Position numbers and translations under genes: made by a program. 64,000 bases of DNA from a virus, in the IMG/VR virus record IMGVR_UViG_3300045999_011735, positions 1 to 64,000 of that record. One strand, given 5' to 3'. The first letter of the stretch is position 1; every line of letters begins with the position of its first letter. The notes beneath the pieces are model-generated. The model worked only from the letters and a program-made list of their open reading frames with translations, ran no database searches and was not told where the DNA came from. Below, one piece after another: positions 56,462 to 63,975 of the stretch.

Positions 56462-56728
56462 TTAACGACGAGACGCCTCAACCATTTGTTTGAGGTTAAT
56501 TTTCTTAATTGGATACGAAAAAGTCTTCTTATCAATCAACTTATCAAGCAATTGTATCTCAATTGGATTATCAGTTATAAAGATACATTTATCATCAGCA
56601 CCATCACCAGGAATATCAATAAAATTTTGAGTATTAAGCTTAGTACCAGGTTTAACCTGACCAAGAAAATCATTCATTTTGTTAGTGAAGGCTGCTTTAT
56701 CGCGATCGCGCATTAAATATTCTGCCAT
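56462..56728 (-). CDS. Hypothetical protein
   Basis: 88 aa; late promoter at 56755-56762. Confidence 0.6.
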   Translation of the reverse strand: MAEYLMRDRDKAAFTNKMNDFLGQVKPGTKLNTQNFIDIPGDGADDKCIFITDNPIEIQLLDKLIDKKTFSYPIKKINLKQMVEASRR

Positions 56729-56773
56729 GATATAATTTTGAGTATATACTGGATATAAATATATGAAAGGACT

Positions 56774-56965
56774 TTAGGTACCGTGCTTTTTGGATTTGCG
56801 CTTATGTTTATCCAATTCAAACTTATAATAACGAATATTATTACCCTTAGCAGAGAAAAATTCCTTAATTTCCGGCTTACCATAATTAGTCTCAATATTC
56901 ATAACCAACTCGGGACTAATAGTATGGATATAATCAACAGTAAATTGAGAATAAATAAGAATCAT
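56774..56965 (-). CDS. Hypothetical protein
   Basis: 63 aa; its ATG directly follows the upstream TAG. Confidence 0.45.
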   Translation of the reverse strand: MILIYSQFTVDYIHTISPELVMNIETNYGKPEIKEFFSAKGNNIRYYKFELDKHKRKSKKHGT

Positions 56966-57436
56966 CTAAATACCAGCATTGTTTTCACCAATAATACGAA
57001 TAATAACATCCTCAGCCATCTTGGGAGTAACGGCAAACCCCTCCTTATTAACGTGATACTCCCACAATTGTGTATGGACCATACCCTCAATATGCGATGG
57101 GGCCTTACAAGCAAATGAATTAATAATATACCACGGGGTAATAACACCCGTACCACCATTAATTTCTTTTAAACGCGATTGGGGTGTACGATCCGTATAT
57201 CCAATTTTTAATATACCTGGTTGTCCTTTATTTTCCAACACGTATATATAACCTTCATTAAATGATAATTGGGCATCAAAACTGTGTCGCTTAATCCAAT
57301 AATGAACAAGTTCAAATTCTGGATCATGTGGATCTGGTGTAAGTGTATAGGCATTGGCATATACAACGGATTCACCTTCATTTTTAGGGTAATACTCGCG
57401 TTTAGCCTCCTCCATTGTGATAAGCTTTATCATCAT
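56966..57436 (-). CDS. T5orf172/MUG113 GIY-YIG-like protein
   Basis: GYIYVL...LKIGYT.R.PQSRLKEI...E..VH..L motif. Confidence 0.75.
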   Translation of the reverse strand: MMIKLITMEEAKREYYPKNEGESVVYANAYTLTPDPHDPEFELVHYWIKRHSFDAQLSFNEGYIYVLENKGQPGILKIGYTDRTPQSRLKEINGGTGVITPWYIINSFACKAPSHIEGMVHTQLWEYHVNKEGFAVTPKMAEDVIIRIIGENNAGI

Positions 57437-57651
57437 AAGATAATACCTTTAACTACTACGTGCGTAGATGGGTTTAAAACAAATTTAGCATCTTCATGTG
57501 GACCATAATACCAAGCTTCATTTACATTCAAGGCAATTTCTTTTTCCTCACCTATAACAACATCACAATATCCACCTTCGTATCCATTAGTGAATACATG
57601 TAAATCGGGATCTAGCTGTTGTAATTGTTGGATTAATTCTTTAATGGTCAT
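57433..57651 (-). CDS. Hypothetical protein
   Basis: MTIKELIQQLQQLDPDL...GYEGG small phage protein pattern. Confidence 0.65.
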   Translation of the reverse strand: MTIKELIQQLQQLDPDLHVFTNGYEGGYCDVVIGEEKEIALNVNEAWYYGPHEDAKFVLNPSTHVVVKGIIL

Positions 57652-57845
57652 TTTCTAAATTTAGAGATGAAAAAATCAAAACAAAATAACCAATCAAACA
57701 TGATTGCTCGTGGAATACTAGAAACATACAAATCAAATGTAAGTGGTTGTTCAAAAACCTCTGCCTTAATAGATGCATAACGAAATGCTCCTAATGTTGA
57801 GGCAATTAAAACATAAACTAAAAGTACTAATTTTAATGTTTCCAT
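57648..57845 (-). CDS. Small membrane protein
   Basis: Start METLK chosen downstream of the promoter; hydrophobic. Confidence 0.5.
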   Translation of the reverse strand: METLKLVLLVYVLIASTLGAFRYASIKAEVFEQPLTFDLYVSSIPRAIMFDWLFCFDFFISKFRK

Positions 57846-57911
57846 GATTTTTAATTTAGACATTAATTTACGTATATACGCTTGGTTTCCAAAAAAAGAT
57901 TGTCAAAAGAA

Positions 57912-58140
57912 AGGTTTCACCCCCTATAGATATTTGGCGAAAGGGGTATAATGGATTTTGTGGAGCCAAAATCTAGCAATATTTTGTTGGATATTTGTAT
58001 ATATGCGCGCCTTGGGTAAAGATCGTAGTTTATCTGTGAGTACGGGGCAGGCCGCGACATATATGCGGCCCGTCGATGGACCGCTATTGCCGTGGGGTCA
58101 TAACGATAGCGGAGCGCTATCGCCCCGCTATCGAGTATCC
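57912..58140. other. GC-rich structured non-coding element at early/late boundary
   Basis: Multiple hairpins, and a CCGCTATYG motif present three times plus once inverted. Confidence 0.5.
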
Positions 58141-58154
58141 TTATTTTCTTTTTT

Positions 58155-58436
58155 TTATACCATTAACGGATTTGCCGCTACGATATTGTCAATTAACTTA
58201 TAATCACTATGACCATTATATAATTGATCATCAATTTGTATTGCAATGCCTAAGTTATTCTGTATACAATCATCTAATACAGTCAGTACTGATAACATAT
58301 CATAATTACTTAAGTCCATTTCAACATAATATATGTTATTAACTGCATCATCAATTTCAATATTAAATCCTAGTTTCTGATATTCAGATAATACTTTGTA
58401 ATTGGCATCTACAAATGCAAACATTAACTTTTTCAT
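58155..58436 (-). CDS. Hypothetical early protein
   Basis: 93 aa with its own promoter motif. Confidence 0.6.
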   Translation of the reverse strand: MKKLMFAFVDANYKVLSEYQKLGFNIEIDDAVNNIYYVEMDLSNYDMLSVLTVLDDCIQNNLGIAIQIDDQLYNGHSDYKLIDNIVAANPLMV

Positions 58437-58497
58437 AACTTTTAATTTTAATTATTTAATCATTTTAACATGTTAAATATAATAAATTTAGTTATGT

Positions 58498-58626
58498 TTA
58501 TTGAGGAACTCTTGTGATTAATTTGCTTCTACCTTTACACCCATATCCGTTTGTAGCACAGCTGGTTAATCCAGATAATAGAGCTAACATTACAATTATT
58601 AACAGTATTACTTGATGTGGCTTCAT
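58498..58626 (-). CDS. Small lipoprotein
   Basis: Not in the track. MKPHQVILLIIVMLALLSGLTSCATNGYGCKGRSKLITRVPQ, with lipobox LTSC. Confidence 0.7.
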   Translation of the reverse strand: MKPHQVILLIIVMLALLSGLTSCATNGYGCKGRSKLITRVPQ

Positions 58627-58627
58627 C

Positions 58628-58828
58628 TTATTTAATTTTATAAATTAATCGTTTAAGGTCATTTACTTCTTCCTTTTGTTCCTCTATAATCACGAAACAT
58701 AGGAACACGACTGCCATTAGTAAGGTGATGAACATGAATGTTAGATCTAAATTGGTTTTAGCTGTAAACATTAAATACAATGCTAACACCCCTAATACTA
58801 CACTGATAATACCATTTACTATTTTCAT
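58628..58828 (-). CDS. Two-TM early membrane protein
   Basis: 66 aa with two hydrophobic helices. Confidence 0.6.
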   Translation of the reverse strand: MKIVNGIISVVLGVLALYLMFTAKTNLDLTFMFITLLMAVVFLCFVIIEEQKEEVNDLKRLIYKIK

Positions 58829-58855
58829 ACTTATTAATTTTATAAATTAAATATA

Positions 58856-58880
58856 AGGAGGGGAATTGTGTTCCCCTCCT
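58856..58880 (-). terminator. Hairpin/terminator overlapping next promoter
   Basis: 10-bp stem AGGAGGGGAA/TTCCCCTCCT. Confidence 0.65.
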
Positions 58881-58886
58881 ATTCCG

Positions 58887-59132
58887 TTATATTCCAAATT
58901 TAGCTCTTGTTTCAACGTATTCATTATACAATCCACCTCGTTGATATATTACACCCAAGGCACTTAATAGCACTTTTGAAGTGCATTTATGACTTATCCC
59001 CATAAAATCACATACTTGTCTTTTGACATTAACGTAATTGGGGGCAAGGTGTTGTTTGTGTTTAATGTGCATTATAGTATCTAACAATAATGCTTTCACT
59101 TGCAGGCGATTGAATGTTACTGTTTGTTCCAT
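58887..59132 (-). CDS. Hypothetical early protein
   Basis: 81 aa; promoter at 59152-59182. Confidence 0.6.
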   Translation of the reverse strand: MEQTVTFNRLQVKALLLDTIMHIKHKQHLAPNYVNVKRQVCDFMGISHKCTSKVLLSALGVIYQRGGLYNEYVETRAKFGI

Positions 59133-59183
59133 ACGTTTTAATTTTATAAATTAAATATAACACAGTTTGTTGGGTTAACAAAT

Positions 59184-59205
59184 GGACCCCCTAGAAAGGG
59201 GGTCC
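59184..59205 (-). terminator. Rho-independent terminator
   Basis: GGACCCCCT/AGGGGGTCC stem. Confidence 0.7.
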
Positions 59206-59209
59206 GTAA

Positions 59210-59419
59210 TTAAAAATTAAAAGTATGAACAGTCTTTATTTGGCCATGATTCCAGTCTTCCATTATTTGATTTGCTCGATCAATTCCGTCTCTACTTCTA
59301 CACATTCTAGACACGTTCAATTGTTTCATCCATTCCTGGAATTTAGGGTCCAGTTGTGTTTGTAGTCGTTCTTGTTCAAGCCGTTCCCATTGTTCAATGG
59401 TAATGTCTTTTATGTTCAT
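59210..59419 (-). CDS. Hypothetical early protein
   Basis: Start re-assigned to MNIKDIT, after an A-rich leader and promoter. Confidence 0.6.
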   Translation of the reverse strand: MNIKDITIEQWERLEQERLQTQLDPKFQEWMKQLNVSRMCRSRDGIDRANQIMEDWNHGQIKTVHTFNF

Positions 59420-59453
59420 AACTTTTAATTTAAATAAAGATATGAAGAGGGGT

Positions 59454-59768
59454 TTAGTTCCCCTCTTCGTCCAAATAATTTCCAAGTACACCTTCAACCA
59501 CACGTTTAATTTTATTGTCATCAAACTCAATACTTGTTAACTCCACCTCACGATAATTCATTTCCAACTCATAATCACTAAGTACATCTGTACCCCAACT
59601 ACTAAATTCGTTTTGGAGTGCCTCCACAACGTCATCAATAATCTCTTTAGTGATACCTCCACCATTCAACTCATTTACCCATTTAATTACTTCACTTACT
59701 GGTACGTAAGCAATCTTTACTAATTCATCTGATGATTGGAGCTTGTCCAATAATTGTTGTTTTGTCAT
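59454..59768 (-). CDS. Acidic hypothetical early protein
   Basis: 104 aa, D/E-rich. Confidence 0.6.
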   Translation of the reverse strand: MTKQQLLDKLQSSDELVKIAYVPVSEVIKWVNELNGGGITKEIIDDVVEALQNEFSSWGTDVLSDYELEMNYREVELTSIEFDDNKIKRVVEGVLGNYLDEEGN

Positions 59769-59833
59769 AACCTTGATTTTTAATTTTTAATTAATCAAAT
59801 TAACAAGTTAAATATACACAAAAAAATTGTGTT

Positions 59834-60019
59834 TCAAAATGTTTCCCTAATTAATACTTCCACTCTAGCTTGTGTGTACTTTGCTTTTACATTTTCATAC
59901 ATCTCCATTGCTTCAATTAGTTGTGTTCTTACTGTACCTGATTGAAACTCATTATCAACCTTAATGTAATAGGTAACATCACCTATTGTATTAAATTCTT
60001 TAACTAATTCAATTGTCAT
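59834..60019 (-). CDS. Hypothetical early protein
   Basis: 61 aa with its own promoter. Confidence 0.6.
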   Translation of the reverse strand: MTIELVKEFNTIGDVTYYIKVDNEFQSGTVRTQLIEAMEMYENVKAKYTQARVEVLIRETF

Positions 60020-60080
60020 AACTTTTAATTTTATAAAATAAAGATATGTAAAATAATTATGTTTACAAGCTGAAAATTTG

Positions 60081-60111
60081 TTTGGAAACCAAATAATCTT
60101 TTTTACATTTA
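60081..60111 (+). promoter_or_regulatory. Plus-strand host-type promoter (TTTG-N19-TACATTTA)
   Basis: Same architecture as the minus-strand early promoters, including the GAAACCAAA spacer motif, but in the opposite orientation. Confidence 0.6.
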
Positions 60112-60206
60112 CATTGTCATTTGGACGGGCGCCCTATGAAATGGGTGGAGGGATCAGAGGTAGGCTGCCTAAGACGTCTTCCACTATCCCCAAAATAAAA
60201 TTGGTC

Positions 60207-60238
60207 TAAAATTACGAATAAGAATTTGGTTTCCCAAA
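60207..60238 (-). promoter_or_regulatory. Host-type promoter (TTTG-N20-TAATTTTA) facing the plus-strand promoter
   Basis: Motif match; no ORF directly downstream. Confidence 0.6.
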
Positions 60239-60253
60239 TCATACCAGGACAAC

Positions 60254-60290
60254 AAAAGACCCAGTTCATTAATTAAAACGAACCGGGTCT
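60254..60290 (-). terminator. Terminator after 60318..60569
   Basis: AGACCCGGTTC/GAACTGGGTCT stem followed by Ts. Confidence 0.6.
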
Positions 60291-60317
60291 AGTTGATAAC
60301 CCCTAAATTACCAACAA

Positions 60318-60569
60318 TTAAGCCACTTCTGTTGTGGCTTGTTTCTTTGGGCGTCCACGCTTCACAACTTCACCATTTGCAATTCGTTCTGCAAACGCTG
60401 CGAGACGTTGCTGGCGTGCACTGTTTTCATTTGGTTTACGTCCACGTTGAACACTTAATCCTTGCTCTGCCAATGCGGCACGAGTTGCAAGTTTCAACTG
60501 ACGAGCGCTGTTAGGATTTACCTTACGTCCACGCTGTTTTGTTTCGGTTGTCTGAATTGTTGTTTCCAT
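60318..60569 (-). CDS. Basic AT-hook-like (RGR x3) DNA-binding protein
   Basis: Two repeats of QRGRKxNxNSARQxxLA and a C-terminal KRGRPKK. Confidence 0.65.
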   Translation of the reverse strand: METTIQTTETKQRGRKVNPNSARQLKLATRAALAEQGLSVQRGRKPNENSARQQRLAAFAERIANGEVVKRGRPKKQATTEVA

Positions 60570-60615
60570 AACCTTGATTTTTGTTTTTTTTATTTATTTA
60601 ATCAAATTAACAAAC

Positions 60616-60646
60616 TAAATATACTATGTTTTTATTTGGTTTCAAA
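60616..60646 (-). promoter_or_regulatory. Representative Bacteroidota-type early promoter (TTTG-N19-TATATTTA)
   Basis: Matches the Bacteroidota -33 TTTG / -7 TAnnTTTG architecture and recurs upstream of many early genes. Confidence 0.7.
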
Positions 60647-60959
60647 ATTTTCCTTAACAAAAAAACATATTTCTGGATATACAAAAACATTTGAAATGAT
60701 TTGTTGATGTCGCGCTGAATTCATGCATACAAACACAACACCATTACCCACATTACTCTGTTTCATTCCACATATTATCAAATATCCATACATAAAAAAA
60801 TACCGATATGTTTATGTTTTGATATACTTATATGCTATCTTCCATATTTGGAACGTTTAACATATAACATAAATCTATGTTAATTTGTTGAGTTTCCCGC
60901 GTAAACTTCAATTACCTCTTGTCAATCACGCCTATGGTCACATAAAAAGAAGGCGCGGT

Positions 60960-61105
60960 AACTACGTTATATTCAACCATAATGTTATACCAGTATGTTC
61001 CCACGTAGGGACGTTACCCGTTTCTATCGTTCCCCCGTTTCACCGTCCGACGTTTACCCACATTACGTTTATCCACATTACGGTTCCCACGTAACGTTAT
61101 ATTCT
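60960..61105. repeat. Non-coding direct-repeat cluster with DnaA-box-like sites
   Basis: ACGTTATATTC x2, GTTCCCACGTA x2, tandem CGTTTA(C/T)CCACATTA; TTATCCACA at 61069-61077. Confidence 0.55.
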
Positions 61106-61153
61106 TTCCTGCTTTAATTGCATTAACAAAAAAACGCAACAGAAAAAAATTCA

Positions 61154-61369
61154 TTACTCGTCGTTTTTATTATCCAAAAATTCATCGGTACTCTCCGCCA
61201 CACGATATTTCATGTTCATATTATGTCTGAGTTCATCTTCTTCTAATATACGTTCCTTATTTGCTTCCCACCATTCCCTATAGCTTGGTGATGTTAACAT
61301 GCTTCGCTCATGTTGTTCATTATCCCATTGCTTTGCGTTTGGGTCCGTTTCATTGCTATAAACTGCCAT
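61154..61369 (-). CDS. Hypothetical early protein
   Basis: 71 aa. Confidence 0.55.
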   Translation of the reverse strand: MAVYSNETDPNAKQWDNEQHERSMLTSPSYREWWEANKERILEEDELRHNMNMKYRVAESTDEFLDNKNDE

Positions 61370-61383
61370 ATACTATGTTTAAT

Positions 61384-61617
61384 TTATTCATCAATATCAT
61401 TTCCGTCCATATCAAAATCCTCATACGTTTCACATACCTCTCTCAATTCTTGCCCTAGTTCCGATTTGACATCTATTGTTCCTTCATTATCACTTGTGAT
61501 GAACCAAAAATCTACTATTTCATCCTCTTGACATTGCACATAAAAAACATCGTCTGGTCCTTCAATAGTCCAATGAATTGTTCTGTAAATTACCTTGTCG
61601 GTTACTTGATAATCCAT
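61384..61617 (-). CDS. Acidic hypothetical early protein
   Basis: 77 aa; promoter at 61645-61675. Confidence 0.6.
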   Translation of the reverse strand: MDYQVTDKVIYRTIHWTIEGPDDVFYVQCQEDEIVDFWFITSDNEGTIDVKSELGQELREVCETYEDFDMDGNDIDE

Positions 61618-61666
61618 AACTTTTATTTTAATTATTTAATACGTTAAATATAAGAAAAAAACTTGG

Positions 61667-61870
61667 TCACTCAAAATATCCATTTTGTTGATGCCATACT
61701 CCGTTTATTTGTATCTCAATTGTGTAATCGCCGTTGTATTTTCTATTTTCGGGATGTGTTAACCATACCTTAACACCTTGTTCCCAAATTTTTAATTCAT
61801 CCCCGTCCCACGCTTGCTCAATGGTTTCTAGTTGTTGCAAATCGCGTTTGCTGTAACTAATTGTATTCAT
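61667..61870 (-). CDS. Hypothetical early protein
   Basis: 67 aa; promoter at 61892-61923. Confidence 0.6.
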   Translation of the reverse strand: MNTISYSKRDLQQLETIEQAWDGDELKIWEQGVKVWLTHPENRKYNGDYTIEIQINGVWHQQNGYFE

Positions 61871-61916
61871 AACTAATTTATTTAATTACCTTAAACATAC
61901 ACACAAAAAACTTGGT

Positions 61917-62159
61917 TTACAAATGATTACCCGTAAGCATATTTTGCTTAGTTGTAACCATTAGTGGTGTTTCCCTTGTTCCATACACCCAATGATATAA
62001 CAAATCATTTACCAATTCTGCATAAAATTCTGGATCTGCCTTGATATCTTCAAGCGTTGATTCAAATGCATTTTCAATTTGCTTTGACCTGTCTACATAG
62101 TTAATATCAAGGTAAGGATTGTACCTTTTGTCTGGTGCAAATAGTGGTGTTGTTGTCAT
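61917..62159 (-). CDS. Hypothetical early protein
   Basis: 80 aa. Confidence 0.55.
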   Translation of the reverse strand: MTTTPLFAPDKRYNPYLDINYVDRSKQIENAFESTLEDIKADPEFYAELVNDLLYHWVYGTRETPLMVTTKQNMLTGNHL

Positions 62160-62166
62160 AACCTAT

Positions 62167-62403
62167 TTATTTAATTACCTTAAAATACTTCTTTACATCA
62201 TTATATTCCCACCAACCATCATTACATTCACCTTTCCACTCACCTTCAATACAAATAAAATCCCCATCTTCATCTTTTTCCCACACATCACCTACAACCA
62301 ACAAATGAGAAAAAGAACTCTGAAATTCCTTCTCATCTATCATTCCTATACCACTCAAATCCTCGGACACATAGTAAGCGTTTTTTACTACTTTGATTTT
62401 CAT
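62167..62403 (-). CDS. Acidic hypothetical early protein
   Basis: 78 aa; promoter at 62423-62453. Confidence 0.6.
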   Translation of the reverse strand: MKIKVVKNAYYVSEDLSGIGMIDEKEFQSSFSHLLVVGDVWEKDEDGDFICIEGEWKGECNDGWWEYNDVKKYFKVIK

Positions 62404-62507
62404 ATGTTTTAATTTTATGAATTAAATATACAAACAAAAATTATGTTTCCAAGCGTATATACGTATGTTTGTATTGATGTGTTGTACTGCAAAAGCTCTG
62501 CTATTTT

Positions 62508-62750
62508 TTATTTAACAGAGCCGTAAACCATCAAGTTTTCAATAACACACATATACGACCCTTCTCTATTAAAACCATGTGCCTCGTACCATAACAACAA
62601 ATCTTCAATTGATTCACATTCGTTTATTTCATCTTTCATTCCGTTGATATACGGAACAGGGTCATTACCTTCATCGCTATGAAAATCGTTGAGCCATTCT
62701 GCTTCACTTTTGATAACGATTTGTTTCAAATCATTTAGTGTTATAGCCAT
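62508..62750 (-). CDS. Acidic hypothetical early protein
   Basis: 80 aa. Confidence 0.6.
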   Translation of the reverse strand: MAITLNDLKQIVIKSEAEWLNDFHSDEGNDPVPYINGMKDEINECESIEDLLLWYEAHGFNREGSYMCVIENLMVYGSVK

Positions 62751-62763
62751 AACCTTGATTTAA

Positions 62764-62955
62764 TTACATATAAATTTGTTCTGCTATGTATTCGGCTAAG
62801 TCATCATCATAAATCAATTCGTCCTTGTCGTTAAACAATTCCCAATCGATGATTTTACCTCTATCATCTAGATACTCCTTGTATGTGTATCTGTTTTCTT
62901 CTACTATTACTTCGTAAATAGTAGTTGTTGTTGTTAGTTGTGATAGTATTTGCAT
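62764..62955 (-). CDS. Acidic hypothetical early protein
   Basis: 63 aa; -7 box at 62971-62978. Confidence 0.6.
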   Translation of the reverse strand: MQILSQLTTTTTIYEVIVEENRYTYKEYLDDRGKIIDWELFNDKDELIYDDDLAEYIAEQIYM

Positions 62956-62993
62956 AACCTTTTATTTAGTTAAATGTATAAACAAAAACTGCG

Positions 62994-63185
62994 TTACCCA
63001 ATTTTGAAATCGGTGTATTGTTCTGCTAGTTCGATTACTTCACCTTCATCTAGTACCATTACACCACCTTCGTCATATAACCCCCAAATGCCATTGTTTA
63101 CAAATATCCATTTGTCTTCATGTTGTTGAAATTCTGCTCCGTATTTTTTTAATGCTTTCAAAGCACCATTTAAAATCATATTCAT
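62994..63185 (-). CDS. Hypothetical early protein
   Basis: 63 aa. Confidence 0.6.
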   Translation of the reverse strand: MNMILNGALKALKKYGAEFQQHEDKWIFVNNGIWGLYDEGGVMVLDEGEVIELAEQYTDFKIG

Positions 63186-63190
63186 AACTT

Positions 63191-63403
63191 TTATTTTATT
63201 GTAACGTTATAGTTTGTATCCATCATTTTAAAATGTACAACAAATTCCTTTGGACTAAAAATTAATTCCCAACCACTACACCAACCCCACTCTCCTTCAA
63301 CATACACTGATCCTTCTTCTGTTTTGATGAGTTTAACTGCATCACCTTGCATAGCAACAACATTTTCATTGTCTGCTATTCCTTTAATACATTCAAATTT
63401 CAT
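63191..63403 (-). CDS. Hypothetical early protein
   Basis: 70 aa; -7 box at 63420-63427. Confidence 0.6.
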   Translation of the reverse strand: MKFECIKGIADNENVVAMQGDAVKLIKTEEGSVYVEGEWGWCSGWELIFSPKEFVVHFKMMDTNYNVTIK

Positions 63404-63434
63404 AACTTATTTATTTAGTTAAATGTAAAAATAA

Positions 63435-63454
63435 AAGCTAGGTTTTCCTAGCTT
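63435..63454 (-). terminator. Rho-independent terminator
   Basis: AAGCTAGG/CCTAGCTT stem with a T-rich tail. Confidence 0.6.
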
Positions 63455-63861
63455 CATTCTGGATGTAATTCGTATAGATTTATTGTTTCCTTGGTATTTA
63501 TTTTGTAACACTCCCAATAATCACCATCAAACACATACAAATAATCTACATTGTCATCTTTAAGTAAATCATTAAAATATGCGGTTCGTTTACTTGTATC
63601 TGATTCACCTCTGTCTCGTCCATAGGCTAAACACCATTTTTCGTTGTGTGTAGTTCTATCGTTAAAATCTTGTTTTTCACCGATTTCTTCTGATAAAATA
63701 CTCAAACTACCTAAGTCAAGTAATTGCCTTACTTTGTTAATGTTTTGGTAGTGTTCAGCTAAAATTTTTCCGTTGTGCTGTGGATAACCATCATAGTGAC
63801 AATAAATGTAATCAATGGTTCCATCTGTGTTTCTAACACCAATGTGTGATCTTGTTGCCAT
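63454..63861 (-). CDS. Conserved phage protein (YCHxDGYP family)
   Basis: MATRSHIG...IYCHYDGYP...G..L...AYGRDRGE...YLYVF. Confidence 0.7.
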   Translation of the reverse strand: MATRSHIGVRNTDGTIDYIYCHYDGYPQHNGKILAEHYQNINKVRQLLDLGSLSILSEEIGEKQDFNDRTTHNEKWCLAYGRDRGESDTSKRTAYFNDLLKDDNVDYLYVFDGDYWECYKINTKETINLYELHPE

Positions 63862-63877
63862 AACCTTTATTTTTTAG

Positions 63878-63975
63878 TAGTCAGGACAGGATTCGAACCT
63901 GTAAATCTTTTCCTTGTGTACTCTAACAATTAAGAGTGTATAAGGTTTTTACGTCTAACATTCCGCCACCTGACT
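63878..63975 (-). ncRNA. tRNA-like RNA with non-canonical anticodon arm
   Basis: Acceptor stem AGTCAGG/CCTGACT, D-region TGGCGGAATGTTAGACG and T-arm ACAGG-TTCGAAT-CCTGT. The middle 49 nt form a long irregular hairpin, and no CCA is encoded. Confidence 0.7.

Noticed and set aside
56774-57436. In-frame TAG-ATG junction suggesting readthrough or stop-codon reassignment
   Set aside because: Long genes are intact under code 11, and TAG ends other complete genes (4053, 6372). A single junction is not evidence of recoding.
60116-60202. Assignment of the structured islands (also 2411-2476 and 58040-58135) as hammerhead or HDV-like ribozymes
   Set aside because: I could not place the required catalytic cores (CUGANGA/GAAA or the nested double pseudoknot) by eye. 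This needs a covariance-model search.
169-62412. Other plus-strand ORFs in the track (e.g. 169, 1122, 9677, 10969, 57958, 58076, 60885)
   Set aside because: They overlap well-supported minus-strand genes or structured non-coding DNA, start mostly at TTG/GTG, and have low-complexity or implausible sequences.
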